Assembly (NCBI GenBank): GCA_009602725.1
Contig: WELB01000002.1
Coordinates: forward strand, 371,756-408,696
DNA length: 36,941 bases
Direction: 5' to 3'
DNA from: Spirogloea muscicola
Lineage: Eukaryota
In this document: piece after piece, positions 34,825 through 36,941 of the stretch
Position numbering within the stretch: the stretch's first letter is position 1
Layout of the letters: the number at the start of each line of letters is the position of its first letter
Position numbers and translations under genes: made by a program
The notes under the pieces: generated by a model
Database searches by the model: none
What the model was told of the DNA's origin: nothing
What the model saw: the letters and a program-made list of their open reading frames with translations, nothing else

Positions 34825-36377
34825 GAGAGAAGGGCTCCCCCATTGAGGATAGAAGAAATTTCGTGTTTTTGAAACAATCGAAGGCCAGTATGGCCAAGTA
34901 CAAAGGTAAGCACAAATTATGACGTAGCAGCTAGTATCTAGCAGCTACTGGAGCTGCTAGTGGACTGGGGCAGCAGTGGCAGGAGGAGTGGAGGGGAGGG
35001 GGGGGGGAAAGAGAAGGGCTCGCCCATTGAGGATAGGGGCTGGAAAGGCCAGCCCAAAAAAGAATGAACAAAGTACGAGAGGGGGGCCAGAGGAAGCGCT
35101 AAGAAAACAAAACACACAGGAAAGAGGGCCGGAAGTGCCAACTGCGGCCTTGTCGACCTGTCCTGCTGGACCTGCTAGAGGATTGAGGCAGCAGTAGTAG
35201 CAGGAGGAAGGACAAAGGGGGGGGGAGAAGAAGTGTTGGCACTCCAAATGGGGGCAAGGGCTGTGATAGGAGGAGGAGGGCCAAAAGTGCCGATGAGGGC
35301 CTTGTCGACCTGGCCTGGCAGCTGTGGCAGGAGGAGGGATGGCGGAGAGGGAAGGAGGGCCGGCTGCTAGAGACGAAGACATCATCCAGGGACGCTCAGT
35401 AACCTGTAGTCAGAAGATGAGGAGTGAGGCAGCAGCAGTGCCAGGAGGAATGGAGGGGTGGGGGGGGGAAGTGCCGATTGGGGTCTTGTCGACCTATTGA
35501 GGATAGGGGCTGGGAAAAGCCAGCCCAAAAAAGAATGAACAAATGTGTCAGACGGCCGCGAGAGGCGGCCGCCTGACACCGCGCGCTCAATGCGAAGTCA
35601 CTTAAGCCGCGCACCCGCTCTCTCTCCGCTCTTCCAGTGCAAGGAAGTGGCATAAGATACAACTTCTTCTTTAGCTGGCTTTGCCAGCCCTCTTCCCTAG
35701 TGTGTTGTCTTGTTTGGTAGTTTACTTTTCCAGCACCTCTTTCTTCAGCTTCGGACATTGTCCATAATTTTTGGGCTGGCCTTGCCAGCCCTTCGTCTCT
35801 ATTGGCGGGTTTTTCTTCTTGTCTATCGTGTCTAATTGTCTACATGCCTAGCTGTGTCTTTTCCCTCGGCTGGCTTCTGCCAGCCCCTCTTTCCTATGGG
35901 CGAGCACATTCTTCTCTATGGGCGAGCCCTTTCTGATTTTCTTCTTCTCTCTGGGCGCGCACTTCTCGCATAAGAGGCCAAAAGGTATGGAACAAGCGAG
36001 AGCTTGCTGCGGAGCAAGGTAAGCGGTACCGGTACCTTGCGTACCGGTAAGCGGTAGCGGTAGCGGTAGCCGTATGCGGTTTTTGGGCTGGCTTATCACT
36101 GCCCTTGCCCCCATTTGGAGTGCCACTTCTCTCTTTGGCAGGCCCACGTCTCCTTAGTACAGTAGAACCTGTCTAACCTTATCCTCCATTAGATTATATC
36201 CTGTATAACGTAATCAAATTTCGGCAAACCGAGTCGGTTTAGTGGCGTAAGCTCATACTCCTCTATAATTCCATACTATATACATTTTCTCAAAATATAC
36301 GCTTTTTTTTTTTTGGCTTTTGACATTGTCCATTCTTTCTGGGCTGGCTTTGCTGGCCCCCTTTCTCTATGGGCAGA
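34825..36377. repeat. Dense cluster of short retroelement 3'-end fragments in both orientations
   Basis: Tail/hairpin motifs at ~34830 (-), 35015-35070 (-), 35235-35268 (-), 35495-35540 (-), 35670 (+), 35760-35810 (+), 35866-35935 (+), 36080-36135 (+), 36315-36375 (+). Confidence 0.7.
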
Positions 36378-36941
36378 AGAAGGCTCGCCCATAGAGAAAG
36401 AGGGGCTGGCAAAGCCAGCCCAAAAAGTATGGACAATGTCCAAAGCCGAAGAATGAGATACCGAGGAAGGACTCCTCTACCCTACCAATCACGACAACAT
36501 ACTAGGGAAGCTCAGTACCCGCGAGTGAGCAACATCAGGTCCGAGTAGCTTGAGGCAGGGAAGGAGGCACTCCGCCGAGACCCGGAGGCGGCGGCCAGAG
36601 CGAGTCCTGCGCGCGTGTGGACAGCGTGGGCAAGGGATCGCTGGAACGATATCGCCAAGCGCATGCGAAAGACCTGGGCGAGCGACCCGGCGGCGTTGAA
36701 GCCGGGCAGCGCCCCGGGCGGACCCGACCGCCGATCAATAGCCTGACGAGCAAGCCGCTGGAGAAGATCCAGCCAGCGGCTGCCGAAGGCCCCGTGAACA
36801 TCTATCGCCAGGGCCGCGAACTCATCACCGACCGGGTGATCGGCATATTTTTTCTCTTTTGCCAGGGCTGCCAGGCCGACCGCATGCCCTGCAAACGACG
36901 CCGACCTGGTGGGGTTGCCGGAGTCGTAGCTGTCCGTTGTC
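36378..36941 (-). mobile_element. 3' end of a CRE-like element with an uninterrupted ORF C-terminus, extending beyond the window
   Basis: Frame reads AGHAVGLAALAKEKKYADHPVGDEFAALAIDVHGAFGSRWLDLLQRLARQ...SDLMLLTRGY* (stop at 36512-36514), then the 3'UTR, hairpin and tail. Confidence 0.82.

Overview
Eukaryotic, GC-rich, intron-rich genomic DNA; plant-type LRRNT/LRR/RLK-Pelle motifs suggest a streptophyte, possibly an alga (inference). The window holds three paralogous LRR receptor-like kinase genes. A (+, 616-8234, 23 exons, about 1132 aa) reconstructs as intact. B (+, 14821-22799, 24 exons) has two 1-bp frameshifts. C (-, 32078-27106) is a pseudogene. Most LRRs sit on individual 72-nt exons flanked by phase-2 introns, and the copies differ in LRR-exon number (17/18/6) through intron-mediated duplication and deletion. 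A/B amino-acid differences concentrate on the solvent-exposed xxLxLxx positions while the kinases are nearly identical. A and B lie in a ~10-kb tandem duplication. Intergenic DNA contains a decayed chromodomain-bearing Ty3/Gypsy element with its 3' LTR, a related solo LTR with a 5-bp TSD, and many 5'-truncated fragments of CRE-like (restriction-like endonuclease) non-LTR retrotransposons that share a GGCTGGC 3' hairpin. Exon coordinates were read by eye, so small offsets are possible.
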